NCBI GenBank assembly: GCA_025936735.1
Contig: JAICSU010000001.1
Coordinates: forward strand, 4,352-68,351
Length of the DNA stretch: 64,000 nt
Direction: 5' to 3'
DNA from: Amnibacterium sp.
Lineage (GTDB): Bacteria; Actinomycetota; Actinomycetes; Actinomycetales; Microbacteriaceae
Shown one piece after another: positions 38,015 to 47,570 of this stretch. The notes beneath the pieces were generated by a model that saw nothing but the letters and a program-made list of their open reading frames with translations, ran no database searches and was not told the origin of the DNA. Made by a program: the position numbers and the translations under genes. Each line of letters opens with the position of its first letter. Position 1 is the first letter of the stretch.

Positions 38015-39337
38015 ATGCCCTCCCAGTCCCCTTCCGAGACGGTGACCGTCACCTCCGCGGGCCGGTTCGTCGGGCTCCGGGAGCAGGGCGTCACCCGGTT
38101 CCGCGGCATCCGCTACGGCACGGCGGACCGATTCTCACGCCCGCGTCCGGCCGAGCCCGAGGAGGGCGAGGTCCGCGCGACGGAGGCGTCCCCCGCGTGC
38201 CCACAGCCCCGTTCCCGGGGTGACCGGATGCTGGGCGATCCCTACCGGGGCATCCGCTTCGACGAGGACTGCCTCCGCCTGTCCGTCACGGCGCCGGACG
38301 ATGCGGGACCGGACGCCCGCCTGCCGGTGCTCGTCTGGATCCACGGCGGCTCGTACGTGGCCGGCGGCGGAGACCTGCCGATCTTCGATCCGGCCGTGCT
38401 CGCCGCCGAGCAGCGCGTCGTGGTCGTGACCGTCACCTACCGGCTCGGCGTGCTCGGCTTCCTCGGTGACGGCCGCGCCGTGCCGCCGAACCTCGGCCTC
38501 CTCGACCTCCTCGAGGCCCTGCGCTGGGTGCGACGGCACATCGCCGACTTCGGCGGCGACCCCGGCGCCGTGACGCTCGCCGGGCAGTCCGCGGGCGGCG
38601 ACGCGGTCGCCCACCTGCTCGTGGCGGGCGAGGGCCTGTTCCGGCGGGCGATCATCCAGAGCGCTCCGTTCGGCATCCGCCGCCACCGCGGAACCATGAC
38701 CCGGCGGATGCTCGAGGCCGTCGGGCGGCTCGATCCGGCGGCGACGGAGGACCTGCTGTTCGCCGCCCACGACCGGGCCTACGCGGCCGCCCGGCGGTAC
38801 GGGCTCCGGTCCGGCATGCCGTTCGGCCCGCAGTACGGTTCCGATCCGCTGCCTCCCGAGGACTCGATGGACCGCGCCTGGCGGGCGGTCGCCGACCGGG
38901 TCGACGTGCTCGTCGGCTGGACGAGGGACGAGACCGCGTTCTTCGCCGCGCTGAGCCCCGCGCTGTCGCGCCTCTTCGCGCTGCCGGGCCTCGGCGCACT
39001 CCTGCGGTCGTCCGTCGTCCGGTTGACCACGGACGCCGTGTACCGGCGGGGTGGCCGCGCGTTCGCGGCGCTGCTCCGCTCGGCCGGCGGCCGGGTCAGG
39101 GAGTACGAGCTGGACTGGCGGCCGGACGGCGGCCCGGCGCTCGCCGGGCACACCGTCGATCTGCCGCTGCTGTTCCCGAACCCCGACGGCTGGCGCGACG
39201 CGCGGGTGCTCGGGCGGACCGATCCCCGCGACCTCGTGGCGCTCGGCGCCGGGCTGCGCGCGGTGTGGGGCGCGTTCGCGCGGGGCGAGACGCTGCCGCC
39301 GACGTCGGACGGCCCCGTTCGCCTGACGGTGCGCTGA
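38015..39337 (+). CDS. Carboxylesterase type B
   Basis: EDCLRL, WIHGGSY, GQSAGG nucleophile elbow, HTVDLPLLF. Confidence 0.9.
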   Translation: MPSQSPSETVTVTSAGRFVGLREQGVTRFRGIRYGTADRFSRPRPAEPEEGEVRATEASPACPQPRSRGDRMLGDPYRGIRFDEDCLRLSVTAPDDAGPDARLPVLVWIHGGSYVAGGGDLPIFDPAVLAAEQRVVVVTVTYRLGVLGFLGDGRAVPPNLGLLDLLEALRWVRRHIADFGGDPGAVTLAGQSAGGDAVAHLLVAGEGLFRRAIIQSAPFGIRRHRGTMTRRMLEAVGRLDPAATEDLLFAAHDRAYAAARRYGLRSGMPFGPQYGSDPLPPEDSMDRAWRAVADRVDVLVGWTRDETAFFAALSPALSRLFALPGLGALLRSSVVRLTTDAVYRRGGRAFAALLRSAGGRVREYELDWRPDGGPALAGHTVDLPLLFPNPDGWRDARVLGRTDPRDLVALGAGLRAVWGAFARGETLPPTSDGPVRLTVR

Positions 39338-39439
39338 TCCGGCCGGTCGGCGAACCCCGGGCAACTCTCGACCTCGCTTCAGCGCGTTCCCCGGCTCCCG
39401 CGGGAGCCTCCAGAGGTTTGTATCGGGGAAAGGGCGGCC

Positions 39440-41923
39440 ATGGTCGATCGGATCGCGAACATCTGGGGCGAGCGCACGGCGTTCTCACGCGGGGAGCGCT
39501 GGCCGGTGCGGGTGGACATGCGCCTCGCCGACGGTCTCTCGGAGCAGGACGTCGACGACTGGGTGACGTCCGCCTGCCTGCTCTGCAGCAACGGGTGCGG
39601 GCTCGAGATCGCGGTCAAGGACGGCGAGATGGTCGGCGTGCGGGGGCGCGCGACCGATCTCGTCAACCACGGCCGGCTGGGCCCGAAGGGACTCTTCGCG
39701 AGCTGGCAGGGCGTGCGCAACGCGGACCGCCTGACGCGGCCCCTCGTGCGGATGGGTGGCGAGCTCGTCGAGACCGACTGGGACACCGCGATGGGACGGA
39801 TCGTCGAGCGCAGCAAGCAGCTGCTGGCCGAGAAGGGGCCGCTCAGCCACGGCATCTACACGAGCGGGCAGCTCTTCCTCGAGGAGTACTACGCGCAGGC
39901 GATCATCGGGAAGGCGGGCCTCGGCACCCCGCACATGGACGGCAACACCCGCCTGTGCACGGCCACCGCCGCGGCCTCGATGAAGGAGAGCTTCGGCTCC
40001 GACGGCCAGCCGGGCAGCTACAGCGACATCGACGAGTGCGACGCGATGTTCCTGTACGGCCACAACATGGCCGAGACGCAGACGGTGCTGTGGATGCGCG
40101 TCCTCGACCGCCTCGCCGGCCCGAACCCGCCCCGGGTCGTCTGCGTCGATCCTCGCGAGACCGAGGTCGCGCGCAAGGCCGAGGTGCACCTCGCGGTGCG
40201 CCCCGGCACGAATCTCGCGCTGATGAACGGCCTCATCCGGGAGGTGATCGCCCAGGGCTGGATCGACGAGGACTACATCGCCCTGCACACAATCGGGTTC
40301 AAGGAGCTCGGCGAGACCGTGCAGCCGTGGACGCTCGAGCGGGTCGCCGAGACGTGCGACGTCGACGCGGAGGACGTCCGGCGGGCCGCGGAGATCTTCG
40401 GCACGAGCGACCGCGTGCTCTCGACCGTGCTGCAGGGCTTCTACCAGTCGTCGCAGGCGACCGCGTCGAGCTGCCAGGTGAACAACCTGCACCTGCTGCG
40501 CGGCAAGATCGGCACCCCCGGCAACGGGATCTTGCAGATGAACGGCCAGCCGACGGCGCAGAACAATCGGGAGGCCGGCGCGGACGGGGACCTCTCCGGC
40601 TTCCGCAACTGGGAGAACCCGAAGCACATCGAGCAGCTCGCCCGGCTGTGGGGCGTCCACACCGACAAGATCCCGCACTGGGCGGCGCCGACCCACGCGA
40701 TGCAGATCTTCCGGTACTGCGAGCAGGGCTCCATCGAGTTCCTCTGGATCACCGCGACGAACCCCGCCGTCTCCATGCCGCAGCTGCCGCGCATCCGCAA
40801 GATCCTCGGGCAGGAGAGCCTGTTCCTCGTCGTGCAGGACCTGTACCTGACCGAGACGGCCCGGTACGCCGACGTCGTGCTGCCGGCGGCGGGATGGGGG
40901 GAGAAGCAGGGCACGTTCACGAACGTGAACCGGACGGTGCACCTGTCGGACAAGGCCGTCGAGCCGCCCGGGGAGGCCCGCAGCGACCTCGACATCTTCC
41001 TCGACTACTCCCGGCGGATGGACTTCCGGCGCGACGACGGGCGCCCGCTGCTCGACTGGACCTGCCCCGAGGACGCGTTCAAGGCCTGGCAGGAGTGCAC
41101 GCGCGGCCGCCTCGTCGACTACACCGGCCTCTCGTACGAGAAGCTCCGCGGCGGGACGGGCATCCCCTGGCCCTGCAACGAGGAGCATCCGGACGGGACG
41201 AACCGGCTCTACGGCGACGGGATCTTCCCCACCGAGTTCGACCGGGCGGAGTCCTTCGGCCACGACCTGCTCACCGGGGCGACGGTCGGGCCGCTGAAGT
41301 TCCGCGCCCTGCAGGCGAACGGCCGCGCGATCCTCAAGGCTGCGCCGTACCACCCCGGCACGGAGGCGCCGGACGAGGAGTACCCGTTCCTGTACTCGAC
41401 GGGCCGCACCGTCTTCCACTTCCACACGCGGACCAAGACGGCCAGGTCGCGCCAGCTGAACCGGGCGGCTCCGTCGGCCTGGGTGGAGGTGTCCGTGCCC
41501 GACGCCGAGCGCCTCGGCATCGGTGAGGGCGACCTCGTGCGCGTCGCGTCGCGTCGCGGTGAGATCGTGGTGCCCGTGCGCGTCGGCGACGTGCGAGAAG
41601 GCACCGTGTTCGCCCCCTTCCACTACGGCTACTGGGAGCGGGACCGGTCGGGGCCCGGGGACGGTCGCCCCACCACCGCGAACGAGCTGACGGAGACGGA
41701 ATGGGATCCGGTGTCCAAGCAGCCGATCCTGAAGGTCGCCGCGGTGCGGATCGAGAAGGTCGCGGACGCCGTCGGACCCGCACCCGCCCCCACGAACACG
41801 GCCTCGCGGCCGGCCGACCCGGCGGCCGTGCCGCCGACCGTCGGCGGACCGGATGCCGAAGTGGAGGAGCGGCCCCGCGTGACCGAGCCGCCGGTCGCGC
41901 CCGACGAGGGGGGCGACCGATGA
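39440..41923 (+). CDS. Molybdopterin oxidoreductase, NapA/NasA-like
   Basis: CLLCSNGC, DGNTRLC, QMNGQPTAQN, DVVLPAA..EK.GT, TGR..HFHTRTKT, DPVSKQP. Confidence 0.88.
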   Translation: MVDRIANIWGERTAFSRGERWPVRVDMRLADGLSEQDVDDWVTSACLLCSNGCGLEIAVKDGEMVGVRGRATDLVNHGRLGPKGLFASWQGVRNADRLTRPLVRMGGELVETDWDTAMGRIVERSKQLLAEKGPLSHGIYTSGQLFLEEYYAQAIIGKAGLGTPHMDGNTRLCTATAAASMKESFGSDGQPGSYSDIDECDAMFLYGHNMAETQTVLWMRVLDRLAGPNPPRVVCVDPRETEVARKAEVHLAVRPGTNLALMNGLIREVIAQGWIDEDYIALHTIGFKELGETVQPWTLERVAETCDVDAEDVRRAAEIFGTSDRVLSTVLQGFYQSSQATASSCQVNNLHLLRGKIGTPGNGILQMNGQPTAQNNREAGADGDLSGFRNWENPKHIEQLARLWGVHTDKIPHWAAPTHAMQIFRYCEQGSIEFLWITATNPAVSMPQLPRIRKILGQESLFLVVQDLYLTETARYADVVLPAAGWGEKQGTFTNVNRTVHLSDKAVEPPGEARSDLDIFLDYSRRMDFRRDDGRPLLDWTCPEDAFKAWQECTRGRLVDYTGLSYEKLRGGTGIPWPCNEEHPDGTNRLYGDGIFPTEFDRAESFGHDLLTGATVGPLKFRALQANGRAILKAAPYHPGTEAPDEEYPFLYSTGRTVFHFHTRTKTARSRQLNRAAPSAWVEVSVPDAERLGIGEGDLVRVASRRGEIVVPVRVGDVREGTVFAPFHYGYWERDRSGPGDGRPTTANELTETEWDPVSKQPILKVAAVRIEKVADAVGPAPAPTNTASRPADPAAVPPTVGGPDAEVEERPRVTEPPVAPDEGGDR

Positions 41924-42378
41924 AGCTGCCGGTCTACCTGGGGATGCTCCAGCGGGCCGAGGGCGAGCTCGCGAGCTCGTTCCGGACCGTCGCGGACGCG
42001 CACGGCGACGAGCCGGACGTGCGGGCGACGTGCACCATGCTCGCCGAGGAATGCGATGCGCACGTCGACGCGCTCGGTCCGATCGTCGACCGATACGGGT
42101 CGCAGCCGGACGACGAGCCGGAGCGGTTGCACGCCGTCGCGCTGCCCGAACCGCGCTCCGGGCCGCTCGCCCTGCTGCGCGACCTGCAGGACGTGCACCT
42201 GCTCGCGTCCTTCGTCGACATGACGTGGACGCTCGTCGGGCAGGCCGCCGCGGCGCTCCGCGACGAGGACCTGCAGCAGGTCATCGCTGCGCGGGAGGCC
42301 GAGACGCAGGTGCAGGTGGCCTGGTTGACGACCCGGATGAAGCAGGCGGCACCCCAGGCGCTGATCGTCGCCGGCTGA
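41920..42378 (+). CDS. Hypothetical helical (ferritin-like) protein coupled to the Mo-oxidoreductase
   Basis: ATGA overlap; LLRDLQDVHLLAS, QAAAALRD, MKQAAPQAL. Confidence 0.75.
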   Translation: MKLPVYLGMLQRAEGELASSFRTVADAHGDEPDVRATCTMLAEECDAHVDALGPIVDRYGSQPDDEPERLHAVALPEPRSGPLALLRDLQDVHLLASFVDMTWTLVGQAAAALRDEDLQQVIAAREAETQVQVAWLTTRMKQAAPQALIVAG

Positions 42379-42384
42379 GCCCGC

Positions 42385-42472
42385 TGAGCACCTCAGCAGG
42401 CCAGGAGCGCTTCGGCAGGTCCCTCGTCGACCAGGGGCCTGCCGAGGCGCCAGCAGCTTGCTGAGGTGCTCA
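42385..42472. repeat. Nested palindromic CAGCAGGAC-family repeat, copy 1
   Basis: TGAGCACCTCAGCAGG...TTCGGCAGG...CCTGCCGAG...CTTGCTGAGGTGCTCA. Confidence 0.75.
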
Positions 42473-42586
42473 CCCCGGCGGGCCCGACACGCGGGTCCTC
42501 AGGACCTGCCATGCGGATCCCCCGGAACTTCCAGGCATCGTGCCTACATTTGCATCCGGCCAAAGAGGCGGATGCGAGGAGGCATC

Positions 42587-43909
42587 GTGGCGAACCACCC
42601 CGAGCGCGTCGAGCATGTGGGACGCGCGCGCTGGACCCGGCTGATCCCGGTCGCGATCATCGTCTACATCATCTCGTTCATGGACCGGACCAACATCGGG
42701 TTCGCCCTGAACGGCATGCACAAGGACCTCGGCATCGACGCGGCGCAGCAGGGCCTCGCCGCCGGGATCTTCTTCATCGGCTACCTGGTCCTCCAGATCC
42801 CCGGTGGCCATCTCGCCGAGCACTGGAGCGCCAAGAAGTTCGTCGGCATCATGCTCTTCATCTGGGGCATCGTCGCCATCGCCACCGGCTTCGTGCAGAA
42901 CCTGTGGGAGCTGCTCATCGCGCGCTTCCTCCTCGGCGTGGCCGAGGCCGGGATCTGGCCCGCGATCCTCGTGCTCATCAGCCACTGGTTCCCCGCAGCC
43001 GAACGGGCGAGGGCGTACGCCTTCTGGATGATGAACATCGCCATCTCATCGATCATCACGGCGCCGCTGTCCGGCTGGATCATCTCCTTCTCCGACTGGC
43101 GCTGGCTGTTCGTGATCGAGGGCGCGTTCCCGTTCATCATCGCCGCGCCGCTGTGGTGGGGGCTCATCGCCGACCGCCCGAGCGAGGCGAAGTGGGCGTC
43201 GCCGGAGGAGACCGCCTACATCGAGAAGGGCCTCGCCGCCGACCGGGCCCGCCAGGGCGACCAGCCGCAGCTCTCGCTGAAGCACGTCGTCACGAACTCC
43301 GTCGTGCTGCGCCTGACCCTCGTCTACTTCCTCATCCAGATCGGCTTCTACGGGATCAACATCTGGCTGCCGAAGGTGATCGGCACGATCACGGGCGGCG
43401 CCTCCATCGTCGTCGGCTTCGTCACCGCGATCCCCTACGTGCTCGCGATCATCGCGCTCTGGTTCAACGCCCGGTTCGCGGATCGCAGCGGTCGCTACTC
43501 GACCCACGTCGCGCTGTCGATGGGGATCGGCGCCGTGGCGCTCGTGATCTCGGTCGCGACCGGGAACGCGGCGCCGGTGGTCGCGATCGTGTTCATCAGC
43601 ATCGCCGTCGCCGGCGCCCTGGCGTACGACGGACCCTTCTGGGCCGCCGGCTCCCAGGCGATGCCTGCTGCGGTGGCCGGTGCCGCGATGGGCTTCATCA
43701 ACGCCGTCGGCAACCTCGGCGGGTTCGTCGGGCCGTACGTCGCGGGGATCGCGCAGGACGCGACGGGCGGCCGGTTCCTCGGCGCGTCCATCTTCCTCGC
43801 CGTCTGCCTCGTGGCCGCGGGCGTCGTCATGCTCACCCTCCGCCGCAAGGGGGACCGGCCCACCGTGCGCGGGGCCGAGAGGGAGGTCGTGGCAGGACAG
43901 GTCGGATGA
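42587..43909 (+). CDS. MFS transporter (anion:cation symporter family)
   Basis: FMDRTNIG, FFIGYLVLQIPG, WFPAAERARA, GFINAVGNLGGFVGP; GAGGAGG RBS. Confidence 0.9.
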   Translation: MANHPERVEHVGRARWTRLIPVAIIVYIISFMDRTNIGFALNGMHKDLGIDAAQQGLAAGIFFIGYLVLQIPGGHLAEHWSAKKFVGIMLFIWGIVAIATGFVQNLWELLIARFLLGVAEAGIWPAILVLISHWFPAAERARAYAFWMMNIAISSIITAPLSGWIISFSDWRWLFVIEGAFPFIIAAPLWWGLIADRPSEAKWASPEETAYIEKGLAADRARQGDQPQLSLKHVVTNSVVLRLTLVYFLIQIGFYGINIWLPKVIGTITGGASIVVGFVTAIPYVLAIIALWFNARFADRSGRYSTHVALSMGIGAVALVISVATGNAAPVVAIVFISIAVAGALAYDGPFWAAGSQAMPAAVAGAAMGFINAVGNLGGFVGPYVAGIAQDATGGRFLGASIFLAVCLVAAGVVMLTLRRKGDRPTVRGAEREVVAGQVG

Positions 43910-45315
43910 CGGACGGCGACCCGCCCGCAGCGGTCGCGCTCCCCGTCCGCCAGGTCCCCGCCGACGCCGTGCGCGAACGGCTGGGCGGCGCGAGCCGCCT
44001 CGTCGTGCTCGACGACGACCCGACGGGGACCCAGACCGTCGCCGACGTGCCCGTGCTGAGCGCCTGGTCGCGGGAGGACCTCGCCTGGGCGCTCGAGCAG
44101 GGCGGGCCCGGCTTCTTCGTGCTCACCAACACCCGCAGCCTGACGCCCGAGGACGCCGCGACCCGGAACCGGGAGGTCGCCGAGGCGGCGCTCGCCGCGG
44201 CGGAGGCGCAGGGGCTGGAGGTGGCCTTCGCGAGCCGCAGCGACTCCACGCTGCGCGGGCACTTCCCCCTCGAGACCGACGTGCTGGCCTCCGTGGCGGC
44301 CGAGCGGGGCCGGCCGGTCGACGCGGTGCTGCTCGTGCCCGCCTACGTCGACGCCGGCCGGGTGACGGTGGACGGCGTGCACTGGGTCGTTGACGCGGGC
44401 CGCTGGACGCCCGTCGGTGAGAGCGAGTTCGCGGGCGACGCGACCTTCGGGTTCCGCAGCTCCCGGCTCGCGGACTGGGTCGCCGAGAAGTCGGGGCGCT
44501 CCGTCCCGGTGACCGAGGTGCCGCTCGCGACCGTGCGCGACGGGGACGGGGCGCTCGCCGCGGCGCTCTCGGCCGGTTCCGTGATCGTCCCCGACGTGGT
44601 CACCGACGACGACCTGCGCGCGGTGGCGGTCGCCGAGCTCGACGTGGAGCGCGAGGGCCGGCGGATCCTGCTGCGCACCGGTCCCTCCTACGTGCGCGCC
44701 CGCCTCGGCCAGGAGGCGTCGCCGCCCCTGGGCGACGAACGACTCGCGGCGCTCGTCCGTCCCGGCAGCGCCGGTCTCGTGGTCGTCGGCTCCCACGTGG
44801 GGCGCACGACCCGGCAGCTCGAGCGGCTGCGCGAGGCGGTCCCCGCGACCGAGGTCGTGCTCGAGGTCGGCCGGGTGCTCGAGGATCCGTCCGCAGCCGT
44901 CGCGGACCTGCGCGATCGGGTGCTCGCCGCCGAGGACGGTGAGCTGGTCGTGCTGAGCACGAGCCGTGCCCGTGTCGCCGGCGAGGGCGAGGCCGCGAGT
45001 CTCGCGATCGCGCGGCGCGTGAGCGCGGCGATGAGCGAGATCGTCGCCGAGGTGGTGCGCCGCAGGCCGCCCGCGTTCGTGGTCGCCAAGGGCGGCATCA
45101 CCTCGTCGGACACCGCCACGGTGGCGCTGGGGATCCGGCGCGCGTGGGTGCGCGGCACCCTGCTGCCCGGCATCGTCTCGCTCTGGGAGCCCGTGGACGG
45201 TCCGGCGGCGGGCTTGCCCTACGTCGTGTTCGCGGGCAACGTCGGGGACGATGATGCGCTGGCGTCGGTGGTCGAACGGCTCGTCGCGGCGAGCGGTCGG
45301 AGGGGAGAGGGATGA
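43906..45315 (+). CDS. Four-carbon acid sugar kinase (DUF1537 family)
   Basis: VLDDDPTGTQTV, TNTRSL, RSDSTLRGH, VVVGSHV, AKGGITSSD, FAGNVG. Confidence 0.9.
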   Translation: MTDGDPPAAVALPVRQVPADAVRERLGGASRLVVLDDDPTGTQTVADVPVLSAWSREDLAWALEQGGPGFFVLTNTRSLTPEDAATRNREVAEAALAAAEAQGLEVAFASRSDSTLRGHFPLETDVLASVAAERGRPVDAVLLVPAYVDAGRVTVDGVHWVVDAGRWTPVGESEFAGDATFGFRSSRLADWVAEKSGRSVPVTEVPLATVRDGDGALAAALSAGSVIVPDVVTDDDLRAVAVAELDVEREGRRILLRTGPSYVRARLGQEASPPLGDERLAALVRPGSAGLVVVGSHVGRTTRQLERLREAVPATEVVLEVGRVLEDPSAAVADLRDRVLAAEDGELVVLSTSRARVAGEGEAASLAIARRVSAAMSEIVAEVVRRRPPAFVVAKGGITSSDTATVALGIRRAWVRGTLLPGIVSLWEPVDGPAAGLPYVVFAGNVGDDDALASVVERLVAASGRRGEG

Positions 45316-46286
45316 GAGTCCTCATCACGGGTGGCGCGGGGTTCCTCGGGAGCGTGCTCGCGCGCCGCATCCTGGCGGACGGGTCTCTGCCGGTGGGCGG
45401 CGCTGCACCTGCGCCGGTCGACGAGGTCGTCCTGGTCGATCTCGCCGAGCCGGCCAAGGACCTCGCGGCCGATCCGCGCGTGCGGGTGCTGACGGGCGAG
45501 CTCGCGGAGCGCATGCCGGACGCCCCGGATGCCGACCTGGTGTTCCACCTCGCCGGTGTCGTGAGCGGCGCCGCCGAGGCGGACTTCGACCTCGGCATGC
45601 GGGGCAACCTCGACGGCACGAGGGCGGTCCTCGAGCGCTGCAGGGCGCAGGCCGTGCCGCCCGTCCTCGTCTACTCCAGCTCCCTCGCGGTCTTCGGGCA
45701 GGACCCGGCCCTTGCGCCGCTCGGCGAGGTGCGCGACGACACGTTGCCGCGCCCGCAGACCAGCTACGGCACGCAGAAGTTCATCGGCGAGCTGCTCGTC
45801 GCCGACTACGCCCGCAAGGGGTTCGTCCGCGGGCGCAGCGTCCGGCTGATGACGGTGTCCGTGCGTCCCGGGCGGCCGAACGCCGCCGCATCCGGGTTCC
45901 TCTCCGGCATCGTCCGCGAACCGCTCGCCGGCCTGCGCGCCGTGTGCCCCGTGCCGCCCGACACCGAGGTCGCCCTCTCCTCACCGAGCCGCACAATCGA
46001 GGGGCTGCTCCGTGCCGCCGAGGTGAGCGACGCCGAGTGGGGCAGCCGCTCCGCGCTCACGCTCCCCGCCCTGACCACGACGCCCCGCGCCATGGCGGAG
46101 TCGCTCGATCGCGTGACGGGCACCTCGGCGAGCGACCTCATCGACTGGGAGGAGGACCCGGCGATCACCGCGATGTTCGCCACCTGGCCGGCCCGCTTCC
46201 GCACCGACCGGGCGGCGGCGCTCGGGCTGGAGCCCGAGTCCTCCTACGACGACGTGATCCGCGCCTACCTCGCCGACCTCGGCTGA
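45312..46286 (+). CDS. denD: D-erythronate dehydrogenase-like extended SDR
   Basis: ITGGAGFLG, HLAGVVSGAAEADFDLG, SYGTQK, VRPGRPNAAASGFLSGIVREPL. Confidence 0.8.
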   Translation: MRVLITGGAGFLGSVLARRILADGSLPVGGAAPAPVDEVVLVDLAEPAKDLAADPRVRVLTGELAERMPDAPDADLVFHLAGVVSGAAEADFDLGMRGNLDGTRAVLERCRAQAVPPVLVYSSSLAVFGQDPALAPLGEVRDDTLPRPQTSYGTQKFIGELLVADYARKGFVRGRSVRLMTVSVRPGRPNAAASGFLSGIVREPLAGLRAVCPVPPDTEVALSSPSRTIEGLLRAAEVSDAEWGSRSALTLPALTTTPRAMAESLDRVTGTSASDLIDWEEDPAITAMFATWPARFRTDRAAALGLEPESSYDDVIRAYLADLG

Positions 46287-46330
46287 GCGCCGTCAGCCGC
46301 CGGGGAGGGAGGCCTGAATAGGCTCGTCCC

Positions 46331-47389
46331 ATGGAGTATCGGCAGCTCGGACGGTCGGGCCTTCGGGTCTCGACGATCACCCTCGGCACCATGGGATTCG
46401 GCGGCACCGGCTGGGCCAGCCCGATCGGCCACCTCGACGTGGCGGGCGCCAGGCGGCAGATCGACATCTGCCTCGACGCGGGGGTGAACCTCTTCGACAC
46501 CGCCGACGTCTACTCCAGCGGCCTGTCGGAGCAGATCCTCGGCGAGGCGCTCGGCACCCGCCGCGAGGACGTGCTCATCGCCACGAAGGTCCGCGGCGAC
46601 ATGGGCGAGGGCCCGAACGACGGCGGGCTCTCGAGGCACCACATCATCCGGGCGGCCGAGGCCAGCCTCCGGCGACTCGGGACCGACCACATCGACCTCT
46701 ACCAGGTGCACGAGTGGGACGGCCTGACGCCGCTCGACGAGACCCTCGCGGCGCTCGACGTGCTCGTGGCGAGCGGCAAGGTGCGCTACATCGGCTCGTC
46801 CAACTACACCGCCTGGCAGCTGATGAAGGCCCTCTGGACGTCGGACAGGCACGGCTACGAGTCCTTCGTCTCCGAGCAGATCTACTACTCCCTCCAGGCG
46901 CGCGACGCCGAGAACGAGCTCGTGCCGATCGCGATCGACCAGGGGCTCGGCATCCTCGTGTGGAGCCCCATCGCGGGCGGGCTGCTCTCGGGCAAGTACC
47001 GCCGCGGGCAGGCGGCCCCCGAGGGCACGCGCCGCTTCGAGGGCTGGACCGAGCCGCCCGTCCACGACGAGGACCGGCTCTACGACACCATCGACGAGCT
47101 CGTCGCGATCGGCGAGAGCCACGGCGTCTCGGCCGCGCAGGTCGCCCTCGCCTACACGCTCGCCAAGCCGGCGGTCACCTCGGTGATCGTCGGTGCACGC
47201 ACGGAGGACCAGCTCCGCGACAACCTCGCGGCCGCGGATCTCGCGCTGTCGGCGGAGGAGGTGCGGCGTCTGGACGACGTGAGCGGCGTGCCGCTGCTCT
47301 ACCCGTACTGGCACCAGGCGAACACCGGCAAGGGCCGGCTCGGCCCGGCCGACCTCAGCCTGCTGGAGCGTCACCTGCCGGAGGACTGA
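46331..47389 (+). CDS. Aldo/keto reductase
   Basis: LGRSGLRVS, FDTADVY, IATK, LYQVH, WSPIAGG; leaderless TAGGCT. Confidence 0.92.
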   Translation: MEYRQLGRSGLRVSTITLGTMGFGGTGWASPIGHLDVAGARRQIDICLDAGVNLFDTADVYSSGLSEQILGEALGTRREDVLIATKVRGDMGEGPNDGGLSRHHIIRAAEASLRRLGTDHIDLYQVHEWDGLTPLDETLAALDVLVASGKVRYIGSSNYTAWQLMKALWTSDRHGYESFVSEQIYYSLQARDAENELVPIAIDQGLGILVWSPIAGGLLSGKYRRGQAAPEGTRRFEGWTEPPVHDEDRLYDTIDELVAIGESHGVSAAQVALAYTLAKPAVTSVIVGARTEDQLRDNLAAADLALSAEEVRRLDDVSGVPLLYPYWHQANTGKGRLGPADLSLLERHLPED

Positions 47390-47415
47390 CCCCACCCCCT
47401 GAGCGCCTGGCCTCC

Positions 47416-47497
47416 TGAGCGCCTCGGCAGGACATATCCGCTTCGGCAGGACGAGAGCGCCCGAAATGTCCTGTCGAAGGGAATTCGTCCTGCTGGG
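47416..47497. repeat. Nested palindromic CAGCAGGAC-family repeat, copy 2
   Basis: CCTCGGCAGGAC..TTCGGCAGGACG..GTCCTGTCGAA..CGTCCTGCTGGG. Confidence 0.75.
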
Positions 47498-47570
47498 CCC
47501 ACGTCGGCCGGTTCCGACGCGCGGCGAAGCCGCGTGGCGGCCGAGCCGATGGGGAAGGTGCTCGGGTGGG

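Noticed and set aside
42466-45315. 949-aa ORF suggesting a transporter-kinase fusion
   Set aside because: The N-terminal half is an off-frame read of the MFS gene; the kinase starts at ATG 43906 with an ATGA overlap
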